Assembly: GCA_018970245.1 (NCBI GenBank)
Contig: JAGWWT010000004.1
Coordinates: forward strand, 785-64,784
Reading direction: 5' to 3'
Length of the DNA: 64,000 bases
Origin: Patescibacteria group bacterium
GTDB taxonomy: Bacteria; Patescibacteriota; Minisyncoccia; Phycocordibacterales; PALSA-1337
A program made the position numbers and the translations under genes. Each line of letters starts with the position of its first letter. Position 1 is the first letter of the stretch. The notes below the pieces were generated by a model. That model was not told the origin of the DNA. It searched no databases and saw only the letters and a list, made by a program, of their open reading frames with translations. This document shows, in pieces, positions 1 through 10,300 of this stretch.

Positions 1-1153
1 TGCCAAGTGTCCCGGAGAGCGCGGGTGTCGTGGTAGCCGTAGCGACGGATAAGCCGGAAAGTGACGTGGAAAAACTCGTGACCGTTCCGCCACCAGCAGG
101 CGAAGTATAACCGAAGCCGCCGCCAGCAAGAACACTGAGCGTCTTACCTGTTTGTCCCGTCGAATCCGGGAAAAGGTTTGCCTGCGCTTGCTCTTTCGTT
201 GCGCCGCCCGTACCGCCAAATCCAATTCCAAGTTGGCCACCCGAAATTGAGATTGTTCCAGTCTTTACGATAGGGCCGCCAGAGAAAGTAAGCCCCGAAG
301 TGCCCGGTGATACATTCACGGACGTAACGGTGCCCGATCCGGCGCTTTGCCATAAAAGGTTTGTGCCGTCGTTCGAAAGAACTAACCCGGAATCTCCGCT
401 CGTAACCGAGATAGCGTTCTGCTTGCCGTTGAATGTATTCCAGTCGGTCGAACTGAGGTAGCCACTCTGCGATGTGGTGGCCGCTGGCATTGAGATTGTC
501 GTCCCGCCTACTGTAAGCGGTGCAGTGGCCGAAAGCGTGCTTTGCTTGCTGTTGAATGTCGTCCAATCGGTCGATGAAAGAAAGCCAGATTGCGATCCGG
601 TAGCCTGCGGAATAGCCACGGTATCATACGATGAATCGCTGCCATTCGCCACGCCATTCATCGTAAGCGGCGAAAGGGCGGTAACCGCAATAGTCTTGCC
701 CGTCCCTGGTCCGCTGGTGATAAGCCAGTTAAGGGTATCCTGAAGGCTCTTGATATACTCACCGACCAGTCGCACGCCGATATACGAACCAGTAGCCCAT
801 GTCCGGGCCGCAAGATTGTGCCCCGTGGCTGGGCTGCGCGTGATGAGCGTAAGTGTATCGCCAGATACCGCCGAACATTCGAATTCCTCGATCGGCGTGG
901 TCGCGTTTTCTACCTGCGGAGCGACCGTTACGATAAACGGCTTCGGCGTAACCTTCGCGAACTTTGCCCCATCGCCAGCATGGATAGCGACCTGAAACGG
1001 CGTCGATGGCGTGATCGATTGACTGATCGGTATAGCCGTAACCAGCGTAGAGCTAACCTTCTCCGCGCTATCAATACCCGGAAACGCCTTCTGCGCTCGA
1101 ACCTGCGCAAAAGACGCCACCAGTAAAATTCCGATGAGTACCGCACGTTTCAT
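1..1153 (-). CDS. Tail-fibre-like protein with Sec signal peptide (3' partial; missing from ORF track)
   Basis: Manual translation from ATG 1153 is open to position 1: MKRAVLIGILLVASFAQVRA|QKAFPG..., repeats SGFLSSTDWTTFNSKQ / SGYLSSTDWNTFNGKQ, GSGTVTSV, GFGGTGGAT; ATGA overlap with the upstream gene. Confidence 0.85.
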   Translation of the reverse strand, partial: MKRAVLIGILLVASFAQVRAQKAFPGIDSAEKVSSTLVTAIPISQSITPSTPFQVAIHAGDGAKFAKVTPKPFIVTVAPQVENATTPIEEFECSAVSGDTLTLITRSPATGHNLAARTWATGSYIGVRLVGEYIKSLQDTLNWLITSGPGTGKTIAVTALSPLTMNGVANGSDSSYDTVAIPQATGSQSGFLSSTDWTTFNSKQSTLSATAPLTVGGTTISMPAATTSQSGYLSSTDWNTFNGKQNAISVTSGDSGLVLSNDGTNLLWQSAGSGTVTSVNVSPGTSGLTFSGGPIVKTGTISISGGQLGIGFGGTGGATKEQAQANLFPDSTGQTGKTLSVLAGGGFGYTSPAGGGTVTSFSTSLSGLSVATATTTPALSGTLG

Positions 1154-1740
1154 TGTATCTTGATTATCGGATGGATTTCAACTTCGTTCCCTGCGTGCCC
1201 TTTTCCATTATGATGCGGCATGTCGAAAAAGACTACGCCAGTTAGTGTACATGTCACCGGCGATTTAAGCATTCGAATGGATTTGGGATAATAGCCAATG
1301 GCTTTTACCACACACGCTCGACACGCCGCAAACTGCTTCGAGTAGTCTGGGTCGGCGCATTCGGGTTTCGGTATCTCACCGATCATCGTATGCTTGCCAT
1401 CGGATAGCACCAAATGAAAATCGGAATCCGCTTCGACGCCAACGGCCACGATCTTGCATTTCAGAGTTACCGTCAACCGCTCACTTGTTTGCCGAGGAAG
1501 ACTCCGGCTCCAATGCGCCGGTGGTGTAAGACCGATGAGTCCTTCGATGGTCGTGGATTGCGGTGTGCCGGGTTTGAATCCATCCTGAAGCGTTTTAACC
1601 GGCCAGCGTTCGACGCCGCCGCACTTGCTATCTGCGTTCGCCGCATTGATTAACTCGTAGGCGAGAACGATGATCGTAATAACGAGCAGTATAAATGCCC
1701 ATCGGTCGTTCTTCTTCATGCTTTGAATGAATCGTCTCAT
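1150..1740 (-). CDS. Exported OB-fold-like protein of unknown function
   Basis: N-terminal hydrophobic segment; CGGVERWPVKT, EADSDFHLVLSDG, MIGEIP, TGVVFFD, NEVEIHPI motifs. Confidence 0.7.
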   Translation of the reverse strand: MRRFIQSMKKNDRWAFILLVITIIVLAYELINAANADSKCGGVERWPVKTLQDGFKPGTPQSTTIEGLIGLTPPAHWSRSLPRQTSERLTVTLKCKIVAVGVEADSDFHLVLSDGKHTMIGEIPKPECADPDYSKQFAACRACVVKAIGYYPKSIRMLKSPVTCTLTGVVFFDMPHHNGKGHAGNEVEIHPIIKIQ

Positions 1741-2276
1741 GCGAAATTAGCCTTGAGGAATGAATCCATCTTCGATACACGATTGAGCCAGCCAGCCAGG
1801 TCGTTTTTGTACGCTGGCTTCGCGGCCACCACGTCATGATAATGCTCGCGGCGGCCATCGTTAAACTCCAGTGCAAGCGCAAGATCGGGCTTCTTCGAAG
1901 CTGCCGCGCACGTACCGGAACCCAAAACGCCATCATTCTGAACACCCAAAACACGCTGGAGAACTTTTATCTCCGCACCGTCTCCGGCATTTACTCCGGC
2001 ATCGAATAATGCACAGGCTGTTGCCGGGTTCGTCACCGCAAGCAGGTTGATATGCGGAGCCGTCCAATAGGCGGCTTTGTAATACTCGGCGATCTCGTCA
2101 TCGGTAAGCGACATGACGGAAAGCCGAGGTTTTTTATTACTCTGGCACCAAGCATCATACAAATCCTGGCGAATGCCGTGATTCGTAAGACCACCTTGAT
2201 CCACCGTCTTGCCGCCCTCGATGTCGGGCCGCAAGGTGAAGGATAGTGCCAATGTAAATGTATCGTCAGGTGTCAT
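1737..2276 (-). CDS. Endolysin, glycoside hydrolase family 108 with peptidoglycan-binding domain
   Basis: EGG..DQGGLTNHGI, FDAGVNAG, LQRVLGVQNDGVLGSGT, GWLNRV. Confidence 0.9.
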   Translation of the reverse strand: MTPDDTFTLALSFTLRPDIEGGKTVDQGGLTNHGIRQDLYDAWCQSNKKPRLSVMSLTDDEIAEYYKAAYWTAPHINLLAVTNPATACALFDAGVNAGDGAEIKVLQRVLGVQNDGVLGSGTCAAASKKPDLALALEFNDGRREHYHDVVAAKPAYKNDLAGWLNRVSKMDSFLKANFA

Positions 2277-2488
2277 GCTTCTTGGTTCTTGAGAACTACG
2301 TTTCTTTCTCGCGCCATTTCGAATCCATAGTGGTTACTCGATGTCGAGCCGCACGATACCTCGTACATAATGTTGTCGCCCGTGCGAATAGTAATCGCGG
2401 TCACGAGTCGCGCATACTGCTCGATGTCCGTCTTCAAATAAACGGTATCGCCGATGTCGTACTCATTCTCGATTATCATTCCCTTCAT
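2273..2488 (-). CDS. Small hypothetical phage protein (SH3-like beta protein)
   Basis: MKGMIIENEYDIGDTVYLKTD...YEVSCG; overlaps endolysin start. Confidence 0.65.
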   Translation of the reverse strand: MKGMIIENEYDIGDTVYLKTDIEQYARLVTAITIRTGDNIMYEVSCGSTSSNHYGFEMARERNVVLKNQEA

Positions 2489-2492
2489 GGTG

Positions 2493-2663
2493 TCATCCAA
2501 ATGGAGAATTGAATTCGATACGGATATGCGCATCCTCGCCTTTGGGCTTCGCGAGTTTCTCCGCTTCTTGGGCGAACTCCTCGTTAAGCTGATCCGCGAC
2601 ACTCTTTTCGGGAGGTGTTGCGGATTTTTCAGGCTCGAATGGCTTTATTGGTTCGTCAGGCAT
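2493..2663 (-). CDS. Hypothetical protein (56 aa)
   Basis: MPDEPIKPFEPEK...; TAATG coupling to upstream gene. Confidence 0.5.
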   Translation of the reverse strand: MPDEPIKPFEPEKSATPPEKSVADQLNEEFAQEAEKLAKPKGEDAHIRIEFNSPFG

Positions 2664-3049
2664 TACTTCGTTGGATATGGGCTTTGCTGACCCAGCTTTG
2701 CGAACATACCCGCGATGACATTCTGCTCGTTCGGGTTGCCGTCGAGCACACCGATAACCACTGGCAGTAACGCGACAACAGCGGCTTGCAGATTGAATGC
2801 GCCAGTAAGTATGACGGGCTGAATCGCGATGCACGCGCCCACCACGAGTCCGCAAACCGTGAGCGCGATATTCTGGCTTGATGCCGGAAGGATCGTCTTC
2901 GCAAAGACATATCCGAGCACGAACGCTGCGGCTACGATAGTCGGCCAGCCGGTCGCCAGCGTGAGGCCATTCGTATTCGCAAAAGTGACGAGCGGAAATA
3001 CCACTGCGGTAACCAGCCCGGTGATCCACGTAAGGGTGTTTTTAGACAT
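2663..3049 (-). CDS. Holin-like multi-TM membrane protein
   Basis: 128 aa, about 4 hydrophobic segments, close to endolysin. Confidence 0.7.
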   Translation of the reverse strand: MSKNTLTWITGLVTAVVFPLVTFANTNGLTLATGWPTIVAAAFVLGYVFAKTILPASSQNIALTVCGLVVGACIAIQPVILTGAFNLQAAVVALLPVVIGVLDGNPNEQNVIAGMFAKLGQQSPYPTK

Positions 3050-3055
3050 GATATT

Positions 3056-3508
3056 TTATAGATTGATGTGAATGAAACTTAAAACAAGTCCGCTCGGAAT
3101 CAGAGCATACCAAACTTCTTTCTTAGTAAGAACAATACCCACTGAAAGAGCGAGCGAAGCAGCCATAGCACCCCAGCCAATAATACGCCCCGCAATGTGG
3201 CCACTACTAACCTTTGGAGCGCCGATTTCCAGTGAGTCGCGCTCTGCTCGTGGTGCTTTAACTTTTCGGCCATTGGGGAAAATCGCTTGACTAAGGAGTT
3301 CTCTAAGCGACCATCCTGCTCCATCACGAACTCGGCTATCGCCTTCATTTCCCCCGCCCTGCGGCGTTTCATCGCTTTCCAAAGTTCTGGTATAGTCATG
3401 CCGCACGTTCATGCAAATGATTTTCGTATCCTGATACCCGCGAATGCACTCTTCATCCAACGGATCGAAGATAGTTTCGCCAGCCTCGTTTTTAATTTCA
3501 GCTATCAT
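3056..3508 (-). CDS. Hypothetical membrane protein (2 C-terminal TM); overlaps 3100-3399
   Basis: MIAEIKNEAG...; tiles between neighbours; IIGWGAMAASLALSVGIVL and WYALIPSGLVLSFIHI. Confidence 0.45.
   Translation of the reverse strand: MIAEIKNEAGETIFDPLDEECIRGYQDTKIICMNVRHDYTRTLESDETPQGGGNEGDSRVRDGAGWSLRELLSQAIFPNGRKVKAPRAERDSLEIGAPKVSSGHIAGRIIGWGAMAASLALSVGIVLTKKEVWYALIPSGLVLSFIHINL
3100..3399 (-). CDS. Holin/antiholin-like protein with C-terminal TM and basic tail
   Basis: MTIPELWKAM...LVVATLRGVLLAGVLWLLRSLFQWVLFLLRKKFGML. Confidence 0.5.
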   Translation of the reverse strand: MTIPELWKAMKRRRAGEMKAIAEFVMEQDGRLENSLVKRFSPMAEKLKHHEQSATHWKSALQRLVVATLRGVLLAGVLWLLRSLFQWVLFLLRKKFGML

Positions 3509-3737
3509 TGTGCTCCGATTGTTTTTGTGCATCCTCAATGTCATCCCGGCGCTCGATACGGCGAATGCGCTGGTCGATCCAATAGTCATGTACGCTATCC
3601 TGATACTGGCGAACTGCCGCGTTCTTCGCGTGCATGAGCGCCGTTGTACCCCATCCCGCAGCTACTCCGGCAACCGGAGCGGCCACCGCCAAAATCGTAA
3701 GCCACTTAGGAACCACTGACTTTTTACGAGCCGTCAT
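3498..3737 (-). CDS. Small single-TM protein in lysis cassette
   Basis: WLTILAVAAPVAGVAAGW followed by coiled segment. Confidence 0.6.
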   Translation of the reverse strand: MTARKKSVVPKWLTILAVAAPVAGVAAGWGTTALMHAKNAAVRQYQDSVHDYWIDQRIRRIERRDDIEDAQKQSEHNDS

Positions 3738-4279
3738 AGATTCCCTCCGTAGAGCTTTCCCTTGATCCCTAAATTCACCTCGATCGGTAGCCTGATCTCA
3801 CCGAACAGCGTAGCATTGAATAGCCCGATACGGTCTAAATTCAAGTCGCCTTCGACAAATGCGCCGTCTTTGCTGGTCAAAAGATTGTAGTTGATCCCAC
3901 CCCAAACCTCGAATAACTGTCGTGGCGTAGGCGGTACAAAAACGCTCATGAGTGCGGCTGGTGACGGAGCGATCGAGTGAATGGGCGAGCCGATCGCTGC
4001 TGCTTTTACCGGCGTTGAAAGTATAATCGTATCATGTATCGAATCGACCAGTACATAAGACCGAAAGATCGTATCGGTCCGGCGAAGAACCTTTTGAAGT
4101 GAATCATACTGCTCCTTCCCATGCACAAAAGCCGTCGAATCGACCATCGCTGGCACATTAATCGTATCTCTTACGGTAAGTGTTTTAGCCGGTGCGCAAT
4201 TCATGCGCGAGCCTAAAAGCACGCCGCAAATGAGCGCGATAGCGAATGTAATGCCTATGGTTTTAATATTCGCTTGCAT
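3734..4279 (-). CDS. Membrane-anchored lysis accessory (spanin-like) protein
   Basis: N-terminal TM, D(S/T)X-rich linker, C-terminal amphipathic beta strands; first gene of lysis cassette. Confidence 0.55.
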   Translation of the reverse strand: MQANIKTIGITFAIALICGVLLGSRMNCAPAKTLTVRDTINVPAMVDSTAFVHGKEQYDSLQKVLRRTDTIFRSYVLVDSIHDTIILSTPVKAAAIGSPIHSIAPSPAALMSVFVPPTPRQLFEVWGGINYNLLTSKDGAFVEGDLNLDRIGLFNATLFGEIRLPIEVNLGIKGKLYGGNL

Positions 4280-4357
4280 AAAACAAAAGAGCCACGCATC
4301 GGCCCCATGATTCGGTCGATACGTGGCTCCCGTGACAGGCTTGCGCCTTACGATTGC
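4280..4357 (-). promoter_or_regulatory. Conserved late leader A: small hairpin plus terminator-like stem directly before ATG
   Basis: GCAATCG..GGC-GCAA-GCC..ACGG GAGCCACGTATCG/CGATGCGTGGCTC TTTTGTTTT ATG. Confidence 0.7.
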
Positions 4358-4386
4358 AAATTCAAAAACACTTCATTTTCGCGCAA
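4357..4386 (-). promoter_or_regulatory. Putative FCB-type housekeeping promoter
   Basis: TTG-N19-TGAATTTG, one mismatch to the Bacteroidota TTG-N19-TAnnTTTG consensus. Confidence 0.4.
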
Positions 4387-4394
4387 GGGTTCCT

Positions 4395-7300
4395 TTAGAA
4401 CAAGGATGACGGCGCTGGTCTGCGCATAGCACCTGTAATACCGAATTTCGAGCGCCACATGCGCTTTTCGTCGTCCGACATCCGCGAGCGTGAAATATGC
4501 TCGATAACCTTCGCCCGGACCCCGCTGCGCTCGGCTGGCGTAGCCCGCTCCCATGCCTGATAAATCTCGCCCATTTTACCGGATGCCACAGCCTTTTGAA
4601 GCGGTGGCAAATGCTTGCTGGCTATCGATTGAACTTCCCTGCGCGGAATACCCATGCGGTGCGCCGCTTGCTCTGCTGCTTTTTCGCCGCCATTACGATA
4701 TGCCTGCATCAGCTCTGCATGTTGATGGGCTTTTAATTGCTCGATCGGGAATTCAGGGTCTTCCGGTACGGTCTCGCGAAGACTAGGAATGTTCATCTTG
4801 ATGTTTTCAAGAACGCCCTGCGGAGACCGGCGAATAGGTTTGACTGAAGGCCAGAATACACGACCCAGCGATTCGAGCGGCGTTGGGGCTTGGCCATTCT
4901 GGTCCACGTCGGTAGCCATCGCAGCGGTGCGGGAAAGGCCCGGTACGCTGGACGAAATGAGATTCGTCACGTAGGATTGCGCGTGTCCCGGCGTATCCAT
5001 GTTTCTGCCAATAGCATCCAGTAATTCCACCATCGGCACGTTCTCACTGATACCAATAGCTCCAGCGCCAATCGAGCGCATGAGCGGTCCAATACCAAAT
5101 TCATTGCCCTCGTCCGCCTCGCGGTCAAGAGACCGGCGAATTGTCGCGCCCAGTGCCCACGCAAGCGCCTGTGGGGTGTGCATGAGTACGTTCGGAATGC
5201 GCGCTCCCGCAATCCGAAATTCCCCCGGTCCCAAGTCTTCGGGATCGCGCTTTTCGCCGCCTTGGTAAAACCCTCCAGAATACTGCGGATAGAGATAGCC
5301 GAGCGTCAAAAGGGTCGTTCCAATCGAACCCTTCTTGAACATCCGCAAAATATGGTCGGCTACCTCAGGATCGACAGAATAGGTCTCGCCGCCAGCTTTC
5401 ATTGCGCGACGTTCTGACAGCAGCGAACGTGCGCCCTCTCCTAAACCAAGTGGCGTATGGGCTAACCCCTCAACCGCCATATTGGTCGGAATCTTCACGA
5501 CGGGCAGCAAGACGTGCATAAGTCGCGAGAATCCGCGAGCATAGGCAGAAGATGATTTCGACATCTGTGTAGCATAATCGTTCCACCATTTAGTGAATCG
5601 ATTGTCCTGCATAAAAATAGCGCGTTGAGCATCACGGTAGGCGGTCTTTTTGATGAGGTCTATCGTAGCCGGATCGTTCACGTCCATTCCCTGACGCTCG
5701 GCCCATGCGGTACGCTTAACTACCGATCGCTCCCACTCCATGCGCTTAATGGGTGCCTTGAGTCCACCATGGACATATCCCGGATAGTCCGACGGCGTGG
5801 GCTTCTCGATCTCCTTCTTACCCCATAGCTCTTCAAGCTCCGTTTGCTTGAATCCAAACTTCTTAGCCGCATCCTTGATGCCCTGCGGTAATGACTGGAA
5901 TGCACTGGCCTCGGCCTTCAAATTGAGGTAACCTTCGCGCGGCGCGGCTTCCGCGATACGTGGCAGCATCCGCGAGAATACACCGCCAACCGCCTCTTCC
6001 GCTGGCGTTGTTACTGCGCGAGTGGCCGCGGCATTCACCAGCTTTACAAGAATGGCCGGCGAAGAAAGAACAGCAGCCCGCCGCCACCGGGGAAACGTAT
6101 CCCAGATTTTTTGGGATGGAGTCCTCGCATCAAGTTCCGCCTTGCGAATGAACATCCGCTCCTCGCGCTTCCACGCTTCGTAATCCGCACGTTTTTTATC
6201 GGTTGCACGATCAAGCGCCAATGCGGTTTTCTTTGCCTTGTCAATGATCGGCGTGTCGGCTCCAGATGCCGCGTGATATTGCGCGAGCCTGTCCTTGATG
6301 CGCACAATCTGCCGATCCAGCGTTTGGTTGTATTGCTGAACGCGCAGATCCATCGGCGTTTCTTCTTTTGGCTGAAGCCGATTAAGAAGTTCCGACCGCT
6401 CCATGCGCACGCGCTTCAAGTCCGCGATCTCCTCAGTGTCAAGCTGACGCTTCGTTGCTGGGTCACGACCATCTTTGATCTGGCGGTCAATATCCTCGAT
6501 GGAATTTTTGAGTCGCGCTACTTTCTTCTCATAGTCCGTGCGTAGTTTTTCCGGCGATTGCTGCTCATCAATCCTTGCGGACGTGAGTAGTCGGTCAACC
6601 GTTTTGCGTAATTCCCGAACCCGTGGTGTCGAATTATCCCGCTGAAGTCCGGTGCGCGGTGGAAGGATGCCTTTTTCTAAATCCTCTTTTTTATTCGTCA
6701 GTAACGCAAGGGAACGTATCTCCCGCGTGAGCTTCAGATCTTCCGCTTGTGATGGCTTCCGCTGCTTTCCATATTGCGTAAATATATCGCGGACCTCACG
6801 CTCGGTAATACCCGGCGAATCTTTCTGTAAGTCGGCGGTAACCTTCTCCATAATCGGATGAAGGTCGGTCTCACCGTTTTGTACGTATCCGCGCACTAAA
6901 TTAAATACACGGGACTGCGTGACCGGACCACCCTCGTCCTTATTCGACTGCGCGGCAAATCGCATTGCATCTGCATCATGAAGCGACTGCGAACCTTTGA
7001 ATATTTCAGCCAGATGGTCTTTGATCCGATCGCCAAATTCCTTCAGCATGGGCCGCGACCAATCGGCAAACTTCGAAAAGCCTTTTGCCAGATACTCCTG
7101 GCCAATAATCGCAAGGTCAGCAATGTCTGCTGGGTTAACGGGCAGCACGCTGGCATGTAACTGCGACATGCGTTTCGCCATGCGCGCGCGAGCCGCATCT
7201 GCTTTTTGCTTGGCGAATTCTACATAATTTTTACTGCCTGTCGCCGCACGTTTCGCATCGGCTCTGGCATCTTCGATCAAGCTTTGAAGCGCGACATTCG

Positions 7301-10300
7301 CATGGGCATTCGCCGATTCTTCCTGCGCATCATGAAGCTTACCCACAATACCCGGCATCTTAGTGTAGTGGTTTTTGATCCACTCTCGCTGCTCAGGTGT
7401 AACCTCGCGAACGACACGCCGCAACCGATCCTGCGCTTCCGGCTCCTGGAAATAGTCCATATCCAGCTTGCGACTGAATTCGCGAAGTGTACGACCGGCG
7501 GTAGAACGGGCGGACTCTGGCATGTGGAGTACGGCGTTCTGCGCTTCCTCTAATTGACCTTGCCGCTCTTTAAGTATCGCCTGTGCATCAAGCCTATCGG
7601 CATCGGTCTTCGCTTCATCGACATCTTTTATCGCCGAAAGAACTGCCATGTGGCGTGTCGCCATCTCGTTACGCACGAGACCGATTTCCGTAGGATCGAG
7701 AGCGCGAGGTTTATTCGTTATTTCGCGAATAATGTCCGATCCGCGGCGAGGATTGTTTTTCTCGATCTCCGCAACCTTCGCATCGGTCTCTGCATCGGAA
7801 ATCGTTACATGCGCTGGCGCTGGACCAAGCCCGGCTTCCGCTCGCTGCGCCTCGTCGGATGCTCGGTTAATACCGTAGAGATTCGGCTTACCCATATTAT
7901 CCTCACCGCCTGTTGGCGGTTCGGATGTTCCACGTGGAACACCTGTGACTACGGGCTGCTGACCTTCGGTGATGGGTTCGGCTACTTGCTCTTGTCCGCC
8001 GACGACTCCGCTATTGCTTTCGCTATTTGCAGCGCGTGGGCTTTCGACCGGGGTTTCGTTTTGCCGATCTTCCCCGTTTTGTGATACGAGTCCATTATCT
8101 CCTTGATGTTGGTCGATATTGTTTGCTGGCTCGACCCCTTGAGTATTGGCATTTTGGTCTCCTGTGATTGCTTGAATTTCTTCGGATGGTAGCCCTGTTG
8201 CGACCGGGATTTCCGGCGCTTCGTTGGGCGCTGGTCCCTGCTGGCCATTGATACGCCACGCGCCCATTGCGACGGCATCTTTTTGCGCCGCGAATGGTGT
8301 ATCGCGATCCCCGTGTTCCAGCCAGAGACGAAGCGGTAATTGCGTAACCTGGTGCGCTTCCGTGCGCGTAACGGGTTCATCCCCATATAAACTTCTGATC
8401 GTGGAATAACGAGCGAGCGCATCCTGCGCATCCTCTGCCGATGCTACTTTACCGACGACCGCATGGCCTAAGAATTTATTATCCTCGCCATACGCATCGA
8501 CGATATATGCCTTGTTGCCCGCCGAAGCATCACCATTCAGCGCGAGCACCGGGCCGTCGGGTGTATTCACGGTTCCCGCATCCAAGTCCTTCGGCATCGA
8601 AGGCTTGAGTCCGGTTTTCGTTGGCGGAAGCTCGCTTCCGGCTTTCGCGCCAATATCCATCGGGATTCTGCGGGCGATGATACCTTGACCTTCCGCGGGT
8701 TCCGGTGTTTGCGGATGACCCGGAGGGTTGGACATTACATCTGTACCCTTGACAACCTGCGGCTTTTCAATGTGCGGTTCCAGCGCGGGAACTGGCTCTG
8801 GGGTAAATGGCTGTGGCTGGAATGGTTTTGCTGGGTCGGGCTGCGCAACGACACCCGCATCGGGCGTAGCCTCCGACTTGATTTCGACTGGCGTTTCTAC
8901 ATCCGAGCCTTCCGCGAGCGCATGACCGCCGATAGTCATGAGTCCGGATTGTACGGCATCGACAGATGTCGCAAGCGGTTGAATCCTGCGTCCAGATGCA
9001 ACAGTTTGAAGTACATTTTGGCCACCGCCAACGAGCGCACCTCCTGCGAAACGCAGTCCGATCGTTGGAAGCTTCATGGCGTTACCCATGAGTTCGCCAC
9101 CGCCTACGTTTATCGCACCCTGAAGTGGAGTTTCCTGGCCAGTAATAACAGGTGCGGCTTCACCGACCAGTGCCGCACTACCCATCGCGTTTAAGCCCGT
9201 AAGCTCCGGAACGCCCACCGCTTCTGCGGTTGCAAGCTTTGTAGCAAAATTAGCGAGACCCTGACCCGCGGATCCAACGAATCGACCGACGCCCGTTCGC
9301 GGACCCATGCCATTATCCGCCATCTCCTGATCGGCGGCTGGCCCTTCGATATTCTCTGCAATATTTACATTCGCCGCATCTTTATTCAGGCTTTGGCGAA
9401 GAAAGTCCAACTTGCGTGCGTCGTCTTTATTCGCCGGGTCAAGGCTTGCGGCGAGCCGCTGGTCATCAGTGCGCCCCGGAATAGGTGCCGATGCAATACC
9501 GAGCGCCTTGAGTCTCGCCTGCGTTTCTGGGGCAAGGTTATCCTCATATCCCAGCATTTGTCCGACCGCCTGCGGAACACCGCTCAGAACCTGAGTAACG
9601 ACACGCCCCGCTTCATCCACGAGTCCAACTGGTTTCGCGGGCTGAACTGTGGGTGACGTATAATTCTGGTCGTTCATTACCGCGCCGATCGCACCGCCTT
9701 CATCCGGTGCCCGGAACGGTGTTCTCGGTACGGCTGGCTGACCTACGACACCGTCACCAGATGGTGATGAAATTTGGTTCGGCTGGATCGGATTATTCCA
9801 TACGGACTGCGGGACCGGAACACCCTGTGCATTATCCACGAGCGGCGGTACGGGAACGGACGTTCCGAGATCGGGCCGTTGCTGTGGTTGGTACACCGCT
9901 TGCCTTTGCTGCGCCTCAGCCACCATATCCTGATACGTCTTGCTACCAGTATTCCGAACTGGCTGCGGAGTGCTTTCGGTCTGTGAAACCTGAACGACCT
10001 GCGGCTGCGATATAGCACGCATAGCTTTTGCCCGTTGAACATCGGGCGGATCGCTTGGCTCGATCTGATTATCGTTGCCCGACAGATCGTTTACTGCGGC
10101 TAACGCACCCGCCTGCTCGCTATCCATCAGCCTTCGAACATTCATCGCGTACATCATAGGCGATTCGCCTACGACCCGACCATTGTGCATGGCAGGAGAA
10201 GTTAACCTGCCGCCATTATTACCGTAATGATCGATGGCCGCAAGGGTCACCGCCTGCTGATTATCGCCTACGCGCCGAATGTTCCGTTCGAGATTTTGCC

